DNA from: Pyrodictiaceae archaeon
GTDB lineage: Archaea > Thermoproteota > Thermoprotei_A > Sulfolobales > Pyrodictiaceae
Assembly: GCA_027036135.1 (NCBI GenBank)
Contig: JALVSY010000007.1
Span: forward strand, 516,880 to 580,879
Length of the DNA: 64,000 bases
Reading direction: 5' to 3'
The position numbers were made by a program, and so were the translations under genes. Below, piece by piece: positions 9,894 to 19,802 of the stretch. The notes below the pieces were generated by a model. That model had not been told where the DNA came from. It searched no databases and saw nothing but the letters and a program-made list of their open reading frames with translations. Position 1 is the stretch's first letter. Each line of letters begins with the position of its first letter.

Positions 9894-11198
9894 ATGAGGA
9901 ACTTCACGGAGGTTCTTGACTCTGCTAGGTGGGGGCCGCTTCATTGGAGAATATTCGCTGTGATTGCCGACAATTATTTCTTTGACGGTATCCTGTTTTC
10001 TATTGCGCCTCTTCTCCTCTACCTAGTGGCACCGCCAAGCGTTGCCTCGCTAATATTTGCCCTAAACCTGTTAACCGAGTCCCTCGGAGCCATTGTTCTC
10101 GGGAAGCTCTCCGACACGTATGGTAGGCTAAAGATATTCGCCGTCTCAATGGCCCTGGAGGCTGGCAGCCTTGTAGCATTATTCTTCCTCTACAGAGATG
10201 TCGTTGCACTAGCAGTACTTACCAGTATAATAACGTTCAGTATAGGGGGAGAGTTCGGCTCATCCTATGCAATGATGGCCGAGTTGTCACCAGCCAATCA
10301 TAGGGGGAAGGCAATACTCCTAGCAACCAACTTCTGGAACCTAGGTAGCATGCTCATAGCTGCTCTCAGCATACTGTATGCTAGGCTATCCTCCTCGCCA
10401 ATACTACAAGTCAGGTATCTCCTCGTAACCGCCCTAGGCGTCGCGATAGGAGCTGGTCTTGCTAGGCTCCTTTTACCGGAATCGCCTAGGTGGCTCGTGC
10501 TAAGGGGGAGGATAGAGGACGCAGAGAAGGTAGTCAAGAAGATAACTGGCTACAAGGGTGAGATAGGCTTCTACCTCCCAAGGGAAAGCGGAATCGGCGT
10601 CAAAGAGGCGCTTAGCAAGTACCTCTTTAGATTCATAATACTAGCAATCGTTACTATATCAATATACATAACCTACGACATAACAGCGTTTTATATACCT
10701 TATGCTCCTCACTTCAGCTTCGGGGAGAGGATAGTCAGCTATGTTATCCTCTACTCGAACCTGGGCTCATTCATTGGCGCATTTATGCTAGTACCATTAA
10801 TAGATAGGAGTCGGAGGATATCCATAACCTCTAGCCTCCTAGGAGGCCTAGTCACGTCGATATTCCTCCTCATAGCTAATGAGACGAGGAATATACACCT
10901 CTTCTATGCGATGCTTTTCCTCAACATGGTCTTCAATGAGTGGGCCTGGGCCAGCCTAAGCGTCCTTGAGAGCGAGCTATTCCCGACTGGTACGAGATCC
11001 AGCGTCATAGGGCTCCTAGTCGCGCTCCAAGGAATAAGCGGTGCACTAATCGTCTATCTTGGCCTCAGGGCAAACGTCGTGGCTTTATTCGCATCAGTAA
11101 TCACTCTATGGGCTCTAGGCCTAGCAGCATCAATAATGTGGCACATAAAGGGTGTTGAGAGCGCGAGGCGCGGGATAGAGGAACTGGTGAAGCAGTAA
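9894..11198 (+). CDS. MFS transporter
   Basis: GKLSDTYGR motif A, GGEFG, ELSPANHRG, PESPRWL; about 12 hydrophobic segments; probable start ATG 9894. Confidence 0.9.
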   Translation: MRNFTEVLDSARWGPLHWRIFAVIADNYFFDGILFSIAPLLLYLVAPPSVASLIFALNLLTESLGAIVLGKLSDTYGRLKIFAVSMALEAGSLVALFFLYRDVVALAVLTSIITFSIGGEFGSSYAMMAELSPANHRGKAILLATNFWNLGSMLIAALSILYARLSSSPILQVRYLLVTALGVAIGAGLARLLLPESPRWLVLRGRIEDAEKVVKKITGYKGEIGFYLPRESGIGVKEALSKYLFRFIILAIVTISIYITYDITAFYIPYAPHFSFGERIVSYVILYSNLGSFIGAFMLVPLIDRSRRISITSSLLGGLVTSIFLLIANETRNIHLFYAMLFLNMVFNEWAWASLSVLESELFPTGTRSSVIGLLVALQGISGALIVYLGLRANVVALFASVITLWALGLAASIMWHIKGVESARRGIEELVKQ

Positions 11199-11230
11199 TG
11201 AAAATCCTTCCACGCACTAAGAACAGAGAG

Positions 11231-11440
11231 CTATATATAGCCTAGCGCTCTTAGTCTCTCCTTCACCTTTTCTTCGTCCTCTTTGCTCATTTCAGGGGTT
11301 TCTTCCTCTGTTCCAAGGGCTTCCTGTAGTAGGAACTCTACTAGCTCCTCTACCGTGTTAAAGCCTCCCTGTTCCTCTATGAATTGCTTTGCTTTCTCGT
11401 AAAGCTCCTTGCTTATAGCTATGGTTACTTTCTCGGCCAT
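11231..11440 (-). CDS. CopG/RHH DNA-binding protein
   Basis: VTIAISKELY strand-helix, ends ERLRALGY; paralog of 14442-14678. Confidence 0.85.
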   Translation of the reverse strand: MAEKVTIAISKELYEKAKQFIEEQGGFNTVEELVEFLLQEALGTEEETPEMSKEDEEKVKERLRALGYI

Positions 11441-11460
11441 GTCTCGTTCCCTGGTCTTGG

Positions 11461-12819
11461 TTATTTGTGCTGGGTTATTATTTGTTCTAGGTGACTTCTT
11501 ATCTTCTCTATCCTTATCTCGCCACGGTTACCCTTCTCTAGGGTCTCCTCTGGGTCGTAGACTGTGTAGACGCCATGCCAATCATGCACCGCGTCGTCTG
11601 GTCCTCGGTCGTTCTCCTCTAGGTAGTTGGTTGGCCAGCCCAGGGTCCCGGCTGGGCGCCACCATAGGTCGTCTAGGTAGAGCATGAGGTCTGGCGGATC
11701 CCCATTGACCTCGGGGTATATCTCGGCTGGGCGGTAGGCCTTGTTTAGCCATTGCTCGTTGCTTGGGCCCTTGATTTTCTCTAGGTCTCTGCGTAGCTGC
11801 TCTAGTGTCTCCTCGTAATACTTGGGCTCAACGGCGCCCTTTTTCTCCCTGCCCTTGAGGTTTATGAATACTCTGCTATAGTATCCTCCCCACGCCCAAG
11901 CAATAGTATGCTCCCAGTCCACCATGTCCTCGCGTAAGTCGGTGCCCGGTTTCAGCCCAGCCGGGTCTACTTTTAGCTTGAGGTAGCCTTGCTCGATTAG
12001 CCACTGATTTAGGAGGAAGGCCCCCTTCATTGCCTTTATCCCGTGGTCGCTCACTATAACGATTACCGTGTCTCTTGGCAGTTTCCTGTGTAGTTTCTCG
12101 AACCACTCGTCTATCCTTCGGTAAACCTCTGGTACTACCTTGCTGTATTCGGGGTGGTGCTCGTACCTTGGGTGGGTTTTGTCAAAGTATCTCCAGAAAG
12201 CGTGGTGGGCGCGGTCAACGCTTATCTCTACGTGGATGAATATGTCCCATTGCTTCCTCGTAGCAAGGTACTCTACTTGGCGCAAGTGGTTGTCAAGCAT
12301 CTGTAGTAGCTCTCTAGCCACCCGGGACTTGTCGTGGCTCCGATAAACTATGTCGAACCTTGTCGGCCCAGTCGCGGCCTCTAACTCCTTTCTCAGCCAT
12401 GGGGGGAAGGTGTAAGGCTTCTCCGGCCCAGGCGTAGTGAAGTCCGTGACCATGAAGCCATGGACAGGCTTCGGAGGGTAAGTCGGGGGTACTCCGTAGA
12501 GGCCTACTCTTAGACCCCTCTTCCCCGCCCAGTCCCAGATGGTCTCGGCCCGTATGCTCCTGCTATTCACTATATAGTAGCTGAACTCCCCTGGGCGGCG
12601 GTGTCTGAACCCGTAGACGCCTAGCTCTCCCGGCGTCTTGCCCGTGAACATGGTCATCCAGGCGGGAACCGTTATGGGTGGGTGGCAGCTCCTCATAATG
12701 TATCTCTGCGACTCTGCTACTAGGCCAGAGATGTAGGGGAAGTAGCGCTCACCAAGCTCGGTATAAAGCACGCTAGGAGGCAACGAGTCCAGCCCGAGGA
12801 CGAAGACTCTTCTAGTCAT
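11461..12819 (-). CDS. alkaline phosphatase superfamily protein (nucleotide pyrophosphatase/phosphodiesterase-like)
   Basis: VLGLDS, PPITVPAW..MFTG, DRAHH, VSDHG. Confidence 0.85.
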   Translation of the reverse strand: MTRRVFVLGLDSLPPSVLYTELGERYFPYISGLVAESQRYIMRSCHPPITVPAWMTMFTGKTPGELGVYGFRHRRPGEFSYYIVNSRSIRAETIWDWAGKRGLRVGLYGVPPTYPPKPVHGFMVTDFTTPGPEKPYTFPPWLRKELEAATGPTRFDIVYRSHDKSRVARELLQMLDNHLRQVEYLATRKQWDIFIHVEISVDRAHHAFWRYFDKTHPRYEHHPEYSKVVPEVYRRIDEWFEKLHRKLPRDTVIVIVSDHGIKAMKGAFLLNQWLIEQGYLKLKVDPAGLKPGTDLREDMVDWEHTIAWAWGGYYSRVFINLKGREKKGAVEPKYYEETLEQLRRDLEKIKGPSNEQWLNKAYRPAEIYPEVNGDPPDLMLYLDDLWWRPAGTLGWPTNYLEENDRGPDDAVHDWHGVYTVYDPEETLEKGNRGEIRIEKIRSHLEQIITQHK

Positions 12820-12907
12820 CTTGGTTAATACACCCCGCAGGACAACAACCTGGTGAGGAGCCCTAGGACTGGATAATAAATTGAGAAGATGTCTTGACTC
12901 TACGCCT

Positions 12908-13465
12908 CTACTTGCTTACATAGTTTATCTTCTCAAGTATTAAGCCTAGGAGCTTCTCAGTGTTCTCCTCAACGGTATTGTTAACAGTGTCTAGGACTAT
13001 GTCCGGGTTCTCGGGTGGCTCGTAGGGGTCGCTTATCCCGGTGAAATGCTTAATCTCCCCCCTCAGCGCCTTCTTGTACAAGCCCTTCGGGTCCCGTTTG
13101 ATGCACTCTTCCAGGGGGCACTTAACATAGGCCTCTATGAAGGGAGCCTCCTCCTCAACAATCCTCCTAACCTCTGCCCGGACATCGCGGTAGGGCGAGA
13201 CGAAGCTACACAGGACTATCACGCCGTTCCTAGCCAGTAGCCTGGCTATCCACGCGACTCGTAGGAGGTGTCTTCGGCGCTCCTCCCTGGTATAGCCGGC
13301 ATCGGGGTTAATGGTTCTCCTAACCCAGTCGCCGTCAAGAACCTCTACGCGGTACCCCATGGCTCTCAGCTTGTCGGCAACTCTAGTAGCTATTGTGGTC
13401 TTCCCGCTACCGGGCAGCCCAGTGAGCCAGACAACGAGGCCACGGTCAAGGCACTTAGCAGGCAT
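12908..13465 (-). CDS. cysC: adenylyl-sulfate (APS) kinase
   Basis: WLTGLPGSGKTT, LDGD, RDPKGLY, FTGISDPYEPP. Confidence 0.96.
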   Translation of the reverse strand: MPAKCLDRGLVVWLTGLPGSGKTTIATRVADKLRAMGYRVEVLDGDWVRRTINPDAGYTREERRRHLLRVAWIARLLARNGVIVLCSFVSPYRDVRAEVRRIVEEEAPFIEAYVKCPLEECIKRDPKGLYKKALRGEIKHFTGISDPYEPPENPDIVLDTVNNTVEENTEKLLGLILEKINYVSK

Positions 13466-13537
13466 GTCTTAGCAACCCCTCCAACTATGCACTTCCAAAG
13501 GGGACTAAGTATCCATTGCTCACTGTTAGAGGCCTCT

Positions 13538-14326
13538 TTATAGCCCTGCCAGCACCTGGGCTATCTTCATGAGCGCAACTATTACCATGGTTGCTGCCAG
13601 CGCCCTTTGCGCTAGTACTGTCCGTGTCCTTCGGAGCAAGTGGGCTGCGAGAGGCGTAGCTACGAGAGCACCAAGGGCAAGTACAAGGGCCATTAATGGG
13701 TCTAGGTGCCCTGATAGTGTGTATACGAGGGCTACGAGCACAAATGCCGGAAGCTTGACCAGTGGTGTAACGGCTATAGCGCTTCGGAGATCAAGGCCTA
13801 TTTTCCTCTGAGCAAGCACTACTACCGCGCTGTAGCCCCCGCCTATGAGCGCCTTGTATGCCCCGGCGAGCACGCCATAGAACACTGCTACCCAGCTCAT
13901 ACTCGTCGGTGAGGGGTCTTCTCTGTGACTATGTATGCTCATGTACAGCATCGTTGCTAGGGCTAAGAGGAGTACAGAATATGATGAGACCACTACGCTA
14001 CGAGGGAGCTTGGCAGCTATGGTAGAGAGCCCTAGTGCTGCTATGAGCGACGCGGACGCGAATAACGCTAGTGCTCTTCTAGCCTCGATTGCTTTAGGGG
14101 AAATATTGCCTAGCCTATGATGCATAGCTAGCACCGGCAACGCGGAAACAACTTGTGCTAATGCGGCGGCGCCAGCCACGCTGCGCGGATCATAGCCCAG
14201 TACACCGCAGAGGACTAGGCTAGCTACTAGCCCGAACCCCGCGGCAAAGGAGTAATCGAGGAGCGCTGCCACGAACCCTGTGACGAGCCAAAGCGTTACC
14301 GAGGCATAGCTCATTACTAGTTTCAC
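13538..14326 (-). CDS. TauE/SafE sulfite exporter family membrane protein
   Basis: About 8 TM segments, two-fold internal repeat with Gly-rich GFG/GGG motifs, sulfate-activation context. Confidence 0.7.
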   Translation of the reverse strand: MKLVMSYASVTLWLVTGFVAALLDYSFAAGFGLVASLVLCGVLGYDPRSVAGAAALAQVVSALPVLAMHHRLGNISPKAIEARRALALFASASLIAALGLSTIAAKLPRSVVVSSYSVLLLALATMLYMSIHSHREDPSPTSMSWVAVFYGVLAGAYKALIGGGYSAVVVLAQRKIGLDLRSAIAVTPLVKLPAFVLVALVYTLSGHLDPLMALVLALGALVATPLAAHLLRRTRTVLAQRALAATMVIVALMKIAQVLAGL

Positions 14327-14336
14327 CGGAGTAGTT

Positions 14337-14401
14337 ATTAATTAGATTTAATTATGTCTCCCTACGTGGCCTAAGAGGCAGGCATTAATAAGATTTAATT
14401 A
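14337..14401. promoter_or_regulatory. divergent promoter with an 18-bp direct repeat
   Basis: ATTAATTAGATTTAATTA (14337-14354) and ATTAATAAGATTTAATTA (14384-14401), 17/18 identical. Confidence 0.55.
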
Positions 14402-14441
14402 ATCAGCTACGTATTGCTCCCTTCCCGGGGCGCTAGGAGAC

Positions 14442-14678
14442 ATGGGCGAGCAGGCTAGGCGCGCCAAGTACACCACTGTCTCGATACCTGTCACTCTCTA
14501 TGAGAGGATTAAGCGCCTCATAGAGGGAACAGGCTTCACGAGCGTATCCCAGTTCGTCGCCTATGTTTTGAGAGAAGTTGTCGCGGAGATGGAGGAGGAG
14601 AAGTTAAGGAGCGAGACTGTTACCGAGGAGGAGAAAAGGGCTATTATTGAGAGGCTTAAGCGCCTAGGCTACCTCTAA
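14442..14678 (+). CDS. CopG/RHH DNA-binding protein
   Basis: YTTVSIPVTLYERIK..GFTSVSQFV..VLRE, ends ERLKRLGYL. Confidence 0.88.
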   Translation: MGEQARRAKYTTVSIPVTLYERIKRLIEGTGFTSVSQFVAYVLREVVAEMEEEKLRSETVTEEEKRAIIERLKRLGYL

Positions 14679-14710
14679 TCCCAAGGGTTATAAGCAAGGG
14701 GTGAACTGCC

Positions 14711-15871
14711 GTGGTGTCCAGACCCCATGGCGGGAAACTAGTTGACCGGACAGTCTCTCCTCGCCGAGCCGAGAGGCTAAGGGAAGAGGCAAAGGAACTC
14801 CCAAGGATAGAGCTCGGCTCCGGGCTAGCAGCCGATGTAGCCAACATCGCTCACGGAGTCTATAGCCCGCTTGAAGGCTTCCTCGTACAAGAGGACTATC
14901 TGAGCGTCCTCGACGATATGAGGTTGAGCAACGACTTGCCCTGGACAATACCGATAGTCCTAGACGTTGACCCAGGAGAGATAAGCGGGGTCAAGGAGGG
15001 AGATGATGTGGCACTCTATTACCGGGGCGAGCCCCTTGCACTAATGCGCGTTGAAGAGATATATGGCTGGGACAAGAAGGAATACGCCCAAAAAGTCTTC
15101 AAGACAACCGACCCTCGTCACCCCGGTGTGAAGAAGACCTTTGTACGGAAAGAGCTACTAGTAGGAGGCCCAATAGACCTAGTGGGAGAGATGCCGGAGC
15201 CCTTCGAGAAGTACCGGCTATGGCCCAAGGAGACAAGGGTACTGTTCGGGGCACGTGGCTGGAAGACCATAGCAGCGTTTCAGACGAGGAATGTGCCTCA
15301 CCTAGGCCACGAGTACGTCCAGAAGGCCGCTCTAACGTTTACAGATGGCTTGTTCATAAACCCGCTCGTGGGGTGGAAGAAGCCAGGCGACTACCGCGAC
15401 GAAGTCATAGTAGAGGCCTACCAGGCACTAATCAAGCACTACTACCCACGGGACAGCGTTGTCTTCAGCGTACTCCGCATGGAGATGAGGTACGCGGGGC
15501 CAAGAGAAGCGATACACCATGCAATAGTTAGGAAGAACTTCGGAGCAACACACTTCATAGTAGGCAGAGACCACGCAGGAGTCGGGAACTACTACGGCCC
15601 CTATGAGGCATGGGACTTGTTCAAAGAGTTCCCAGACCTGGGCATCACGCCGCTCTTCGTCCGCGAAGCCTTCTACTGCAAAAAGTGCGGCCAAATGGTA
15701 AACGAGAAAATATGCCCTCACAGCGAGGAATACCGAGTAAGAATAAGCGGGACAAAGCTACGCGCGATGATAAAACGAGGAGAAAAACCACCAGAGTACA
15801 TGATGCGACCAGAAGTCGCAGAAGTAATCCTAAGACACCCTAACCCCTTCATATCAGAGGATGAACTATAG
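14711..15871 (+). CDS. sat: sulfate adenylyltransferase (ATP sulfurylase)
   Basis: PHGGKL, QTRNVPHLGHE, YAGPREA, HFIVGRDHAG, ISGT. Confidence 0.97.
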   Translation: MVSRPHGGKLVDRTVSPRRAERLREEAKELPRIELGSGLAADVANIAHGVYSPLEGFLVQEDYLSVLDDMRLSNDLPWTIPIVLDVDPGEISGVKEGDDVALYYRGEPLALMRVEEIYGWDKKEYAQKVFKTTDPRHPGVKKTFVRKELLVGGPIDLVGEMPEPFEKYRLWPKETRVLFGARGWKTIAAFQTRNVPHLGHEYVQKAALTFTDGLFINPLVGWKKPGDYRDEVIVEAYQALIKHYYPRDSVVFSVLRMEMRYAGPREAIHHAIVRKNFGATHFIVGRDHAGVGNYYGPYEAWDLFKEFPDLGITPLFVREAFYCKKCGQMVNEKICPHSEEYRVRISGTKLRAMIKRGEKPPEYMMRPEVAEVILRHPNPFISEDEL

Positions 15872-15934
15872 TAGATAATATGGCCGGATCTGCGACGGTG
15901 CCAGGTCACGACGCCTAAAGAAAGATAACACATG

Positions 15935-16417
15935 TTATTGTTTTCTTAGCTCTGCGTACAGCTTGTATAGCTCGTCTATTCGTTTGTTTGTCTCCTCTAT
16001 TTTAGCCAAGAGAGTCTCCTGCACCTTATCTATCCTAGTCGATAGGGATTCCCGCACCTCATCAATTCTTCTATTAGTCTCCTCTATCTTTGCTAATAGG
16101 GTAGCTTGTACAGAATCTATTCTAGCTGATAGAGTCTCTTGTACTTTATCGATTCTCTTATTGGCCTCATCTATTTTTGTTAGCAAAGTTTCTTTTATCT
16201 TGTCTATCCTCTTATTAGTATCGTCTATTCTCTTGTTTGTCTCTTTTATCTCTTCTCTTATTTCCCTCATTTCTTTGTGCACGAGGTCAAGATACAATAG
16301 CATCAAGTCCTCTGTGCTTAGCCGCTTTCCCTTCTCAAGCTTCTCCAAGATCCTCTTCGATACCTGGCTAAGCACCGTAGATAGTACTGCTTCCTCGGCC
16401 AAACCCGCAGAGCCCAA
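15935..16417 (-). CDS. coiled-coil repeat protein, shorter paralog
   Basis: Same N- and C-termini as 4317-4955 with fewer repeat units; start probably TTG near 16402. Confidence 0.85.
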   Translation of the reverse strand: MGSAGLAEEAVLSTVLSQVSKRILEKLEKGKRLSTEDLMLLYLDLVHKEMREIREEIKETNKRIDDTNKRIDKIKETLLTKIDEANKRIDKVQETLSARIDSVQATLLAKIEETNRRIDEVRESLSTRIDKVQETLLAKIEETNKRIDELYKLYAELRKQ

Positions 16418-16551
16418 GTACTTACTAGCACTAAGTAACCATTATTACTTTATGAGAGCATTGGCTCCTGAAAAAGAAGCGATCTTTCTTAACAAGGCAT
16501 ATTGATTAATCTTATTCAGAAAGGCTTGAGGCTGGGCTACTTTTTCATAGA

Positions 16552-16662
16552 ATGTGGGACGACCTAGTAATAGCGGTGCAGATACGGAGGCTAGGGATAA
16601 GCGAAATATACTCAAACGACCGAGATTTCGACAAAGTGTCTCATATACGTAGGCTTTTCTAG
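16552..16662 (+). pseudogene. C-terminal relic of a vapC/PIN gene
   Basis: Reads MWDDLVIAVQIRRLGISEIYSNDRDFDKVSHIRRLF*, the typical PIN C-terminus, with no N-terminal half. Confidence 0.7.
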
Positions 16663-16779
16663 GGTCTTGGAGCGAAGCACTGAGATAGCGCTATGCTTAT
16701 CTCTAAGTCGACTCCTCGTTCATTAGAAACAAGGTTTCCCTGAATTAAATTGTTAGGGTCAGAGGCCCGGCTCTAGTAT

Positions 16780-17835
16780 GTGGGAGGGTGGTGCTATGTG
16801 CATATATGCACAGAGGTAGCGGAGAAGCTACTACGTATACCTAGGCTCTATGTTGTCTATCACTGGGATGCTGATGGTGTTGCCTCGGCTGCGCTCGTCC
16901 TGCGCCACTTGGGCTCAAGGGTTAGGGGGCTTGGGGTGCCACGTATAGGCGTCTATGCTGCTGACGCAGTTCCCTTACCCGGTAGCGGTGCTGCATTGTT
17001 GGTGCTTGATTATGGTCTCCCGGGCTCTGTGTACGAGGAGCTTGCCCGGAGACATGGTGGGGAAGTACTGGTTATTGATCATCACAGGGTGGCTCCTCCT
17101 AGTGGGGGAGGCGTTGTTTATTGTAACCCGGTTGCAGTGGGTCTTGGCGGGGAGGAGGACTATCCTGCTAACAGTGTCCTCGTTTACAGGCTCCTCAAGT
17201 CACCACGTGACCCGGGTGACCGTGTCCTAGCGGCTCTAGGTGTGGCTGGCGACTTGGCGCCGTACATCGATGCTGGGAGGCCTCATCCTGGGCTCCGAGT
17301 TGCCTCGGAGCTGCTAAGGGGCACTGGGATCTCCCTTAGAGAGCTCCGCCGCGTAGCGGAGTCTATTGATTCTTGTTACCGCTTACTGGACGAGGACTGT
17401 CTACGCTATGCTCCGCGGAGGGCAGCAGAGGACCCCGCTGGGCTAGTGAGTGATGAAAGGCTGCTCGGGGCCCGGGAGAGGGCTGAGAGGCTCGTGGAGG
17501 AGGCCATGGAGAGGGCTCAGCTGCTCTCGGAGACCGGGAAGGTACTGGTCTACTTCCTTGAGATGGATGCCTATGTTACGAGCGCTGTTGGTAGGAGACT
17601 AGCGGCTAGGAACCCGGACAAGGTGGTTGTATTGGTGCATAGCTTGCCTAGCCAGGGCCGGGGCACTATATATGCGAGGAGTATATCCCATGGGCTCAGC
17701 AGCGTGGCTGATCTGCTGAGGGCTAGGGATGTGAGGGTCGCGGGTAAGACAAACGTACTCGTAATAGAGTACAGCGGCGAGGAGTACGAGGAGCCACTAA
17801 GGATTCTCCTCGAAGCGATTAAGGTGGCACTATAA
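16780..17835 (+). CDS. DHH family phosphoesterase
   Basis: HWDADG, LDYG, IDHH, GVAGD motifs. Confidence 0.85.
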   Translation: MGGWCYVHICTEVAEKLLRIPRLYVVYHWDADGVASAALVLRHLGSRVRGLGVPRIGVYAADAVPLPGSGAALLVLDYGLPGSVYEELARRHGGEVLVIDHHRVAPPSGGGVVYCNPVAVGLGGEEDYPANSVLVYRLLKSPRDPGDRVLAALGVAGDLAPYIDAGRPHPGLRVASELLRGTGISLRELRRVAESIDSCYRLLDEDCLRYAPRRAAEDPAGLVSDERLLGARERAERLVEEAMERAQLLSETGKVLVYFLEMDAYVTSAVGRRLAARNPDKVVVLVHSLPSQGRGTIYARSISHGLSSVADLLRARDVRVAGKTNVLVIEYSGEEYEEPLRILLEAIKVAL

Positions 17836-17971
17836 TTCCTTCCATGATATCTTCATACCCCCGTATCATTTTATATACAAGTTATTATCTATGTAATAAT
17901 CTAGGAACAACTCTTCCAGAGCAATTCTATCGGGTACAATCAAGACTAATGCTGCCTAGGTGTAGCTCGCT

Positions 17972-18589
17972 ATGGCTAGGAGGCGTAGAAGGAAGGAGAG
18001 AGAGTGGTGGGAGTATTATAGCCCGAGGCCCGAGGAGTACGAAGTAGTCGGCCGCCCCGGCAAGCTCGTTGAGAAGCCTAGTCACCTCTACCTAAAAGGC
18101 GGTCTTGCCAGGTTTCGGCGCGTGGAGCGCATCTGCACAAACTTTGGTATCTACCAGGGGTTTCCGCCGCGTAATGCCTTGGAGAGGATGCTTGTCGAGA
18201 TGCTCGTCCTTGTTCCCGCGGAGTATGTTCTCCCGGGTAGTGGTTCCCGGTTCTGGCTAGTACGCCTAGTCTTCACCAGGGTTCCCGTGAACTGGCGCTA
18301 CCGCATACCAGCATGGCGCGCAGAGCCCTGCTACACGGGTGACGAGTGGATACTGCGCCTATGTTTAACCGATAAGGAGGCATGGCTACTGGCCCGTAGC
18401 GCTAGGAGCGTTGCTCATTGTGTAGAACCCCTAATAGCCCATGCAAAGATCTATGCCGGCGTAGAGCTCCTGGATAAGAGGCTCCAACTAGTAGCCCCAC
18501 TACAAGTACTAAAGAGGAGTGTGAAGGGCTATAGGCTGGTATACGAGAAGCCCTACCCCTGGTACTACAAAATAGAGAAACTAATCTAA
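17972..18589 (+). CDS. hypothetical protein
   Basis: 205-aa basic ORF, no motif recognised. Confidence 0.6.
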   Translation: MARRRRRKEREWWEYYSPRPEEYEVVGRPGKLVEKPSHLYLKGGLARFRRVERICTNFGIYQGFPPRNALERMLVEMLVLVPAEYVLPGSGSRFWLVRLVFTRVPVNWRYRIPAWRAEPCYTGDEWILRLCLTDKEAWLLARSARSVAHCVEPLIAHAKIYAGVELLDKRLQLVAPLQVLKRSVKGYRLVYEKPYPWYYKIEKLI

Positions 18590-18680
18590 TTCTTTAAATC
18601 TAAGAAATGAATATAAAATTTTAACATTAAATATGTAATAAAAAATATTTATTAAAATCTATGTACTAATGCTGAGCAGA

Positions 18681-19802
18681 TTAAGTGCTCGTTATCCCCC
18701 TTCTAGTCCTCCTTCCAAGGCCTATACTTTCAGCGCTTTTCTCCACCCTAGTCTTATAAACTATGTATGATACCGCCCACGTTATAGCGAACGTGAATAC
18801 TATTATAATGCCTATATTGGTCCAAGCAGATTCTCCGTTAATCTCAGCTATCCAGTTCCAGAAGGCACCCTTAAGATTAAATTCTGATTGGATAAGCCCT
18901 AGTAATTCCATAGTACCCACAGCATAGGCAACCATTACCGATATTAGTGTCATTGTCAAGTTGTACCAAAGCTTCCTGATAGGGCTTCCAAGAAAGGCCC
19001 AGTTATAGGCAGTGTTCATGAAGAAGCCATCAGTGGTATCTAGTAATGTCATTCCCGCTGTGAAGAGGAAGGGGAATACCAGTAGCTCCCAGAAAGGTAT
19101 CTTCATGAACACGCCAGCAGCTGCTGCAGATATAGCTAGTAGAGCTGTTTCCGAAGCTGTGTCAAAGCCTAGGCCGAAGAGGAATCCTATCGGGTACATG
19201 TAGTATTGATTATCAATTATCTTAAATAATTTCCTAAAGTATCTGCTCATGAATCCTCTTTCTAGTAATGCTTTTTCCAGTCTTTTTTCATCTAGGTTTC
19301 TTTCCTTGGAAAATTGTTTATATATTTCATATATCTCGAGTAATACGAAGAAATTTAAGGCACCTATGAGGTAAAGGAAGCCACCACTAACAAGTGTACC
19401 CACTATTGTGCCTATATTCTCTAACGTAGGAAGGCTTGACACGACCTTCCTTGTAGCAACCATTAAAGCTATTGCTAACAGTATAACTACCGTGGAATGT
19501 CCTAGTGAGAAGAATAAGCCCGTAAAATATGCAGGTTTTCCTTCTTGAACTAATTTCCTTGTTGAATTATCTATGGCTGCCAAGTGATCAGCATCAAGTG
19601 CGTGTCTCAAACCAAAGACATATGCAAGGACGCCCAGAGTGAGAAAAGTTGCCGCAACATGGAGATCTTTAACACGTATCATATAATTACCTACTGCCCT
19701 TGACGCTGAGAAGAGCCAGTAAAAAAGCAAGGCAGTAATTACGGCTTCAGCACTATAGAATAAGATTATTTTCCGCTTAGGTATTGGGCCTTTCTCGGCC
19801 AA
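18681..19802 (-). CDS. HoxN/HupN/NixA high-affinity Ni/Co permease (NiCoT)
   Basis: GLRHALDADHLAAIDN, FSLGHSTVV, LFGLGFDTASE signatures; AT-rich DNA. Confidence 0.93.
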   Translation of the reverse strand: MAEKGPIPKRKIILFYSAEAVITALLFYWLFSASRAVGNYMIRVKDLHVAATFLTLGVLAYVFGLRHALDADHLAAIDNSTRKLVQEGKPAYFTGLFFSLGHSTVVILLAIALMVATRKVVSSLPTLENIGTIVGTLVSGGFLYLIGALNFFVLLEIYEIYKQFSKERNLDEKRLEKALLERGFMSRYFRKLFKIIDNQYYMYPIGFLFGLGFDTASETALLAISAAAAGVFMKIPFWELLVFPFLFTAGMTLLDTTDGFFMNTAYNWAFLGSPIRKLWYNLTMTLISVMVAYAVGTMELLGLIQSEFNLKGAFWNWIAEINGESAWTNIGIIIVFTFAITWAVSYIVYKTRVEKSAESIGLGRRTRRGITST

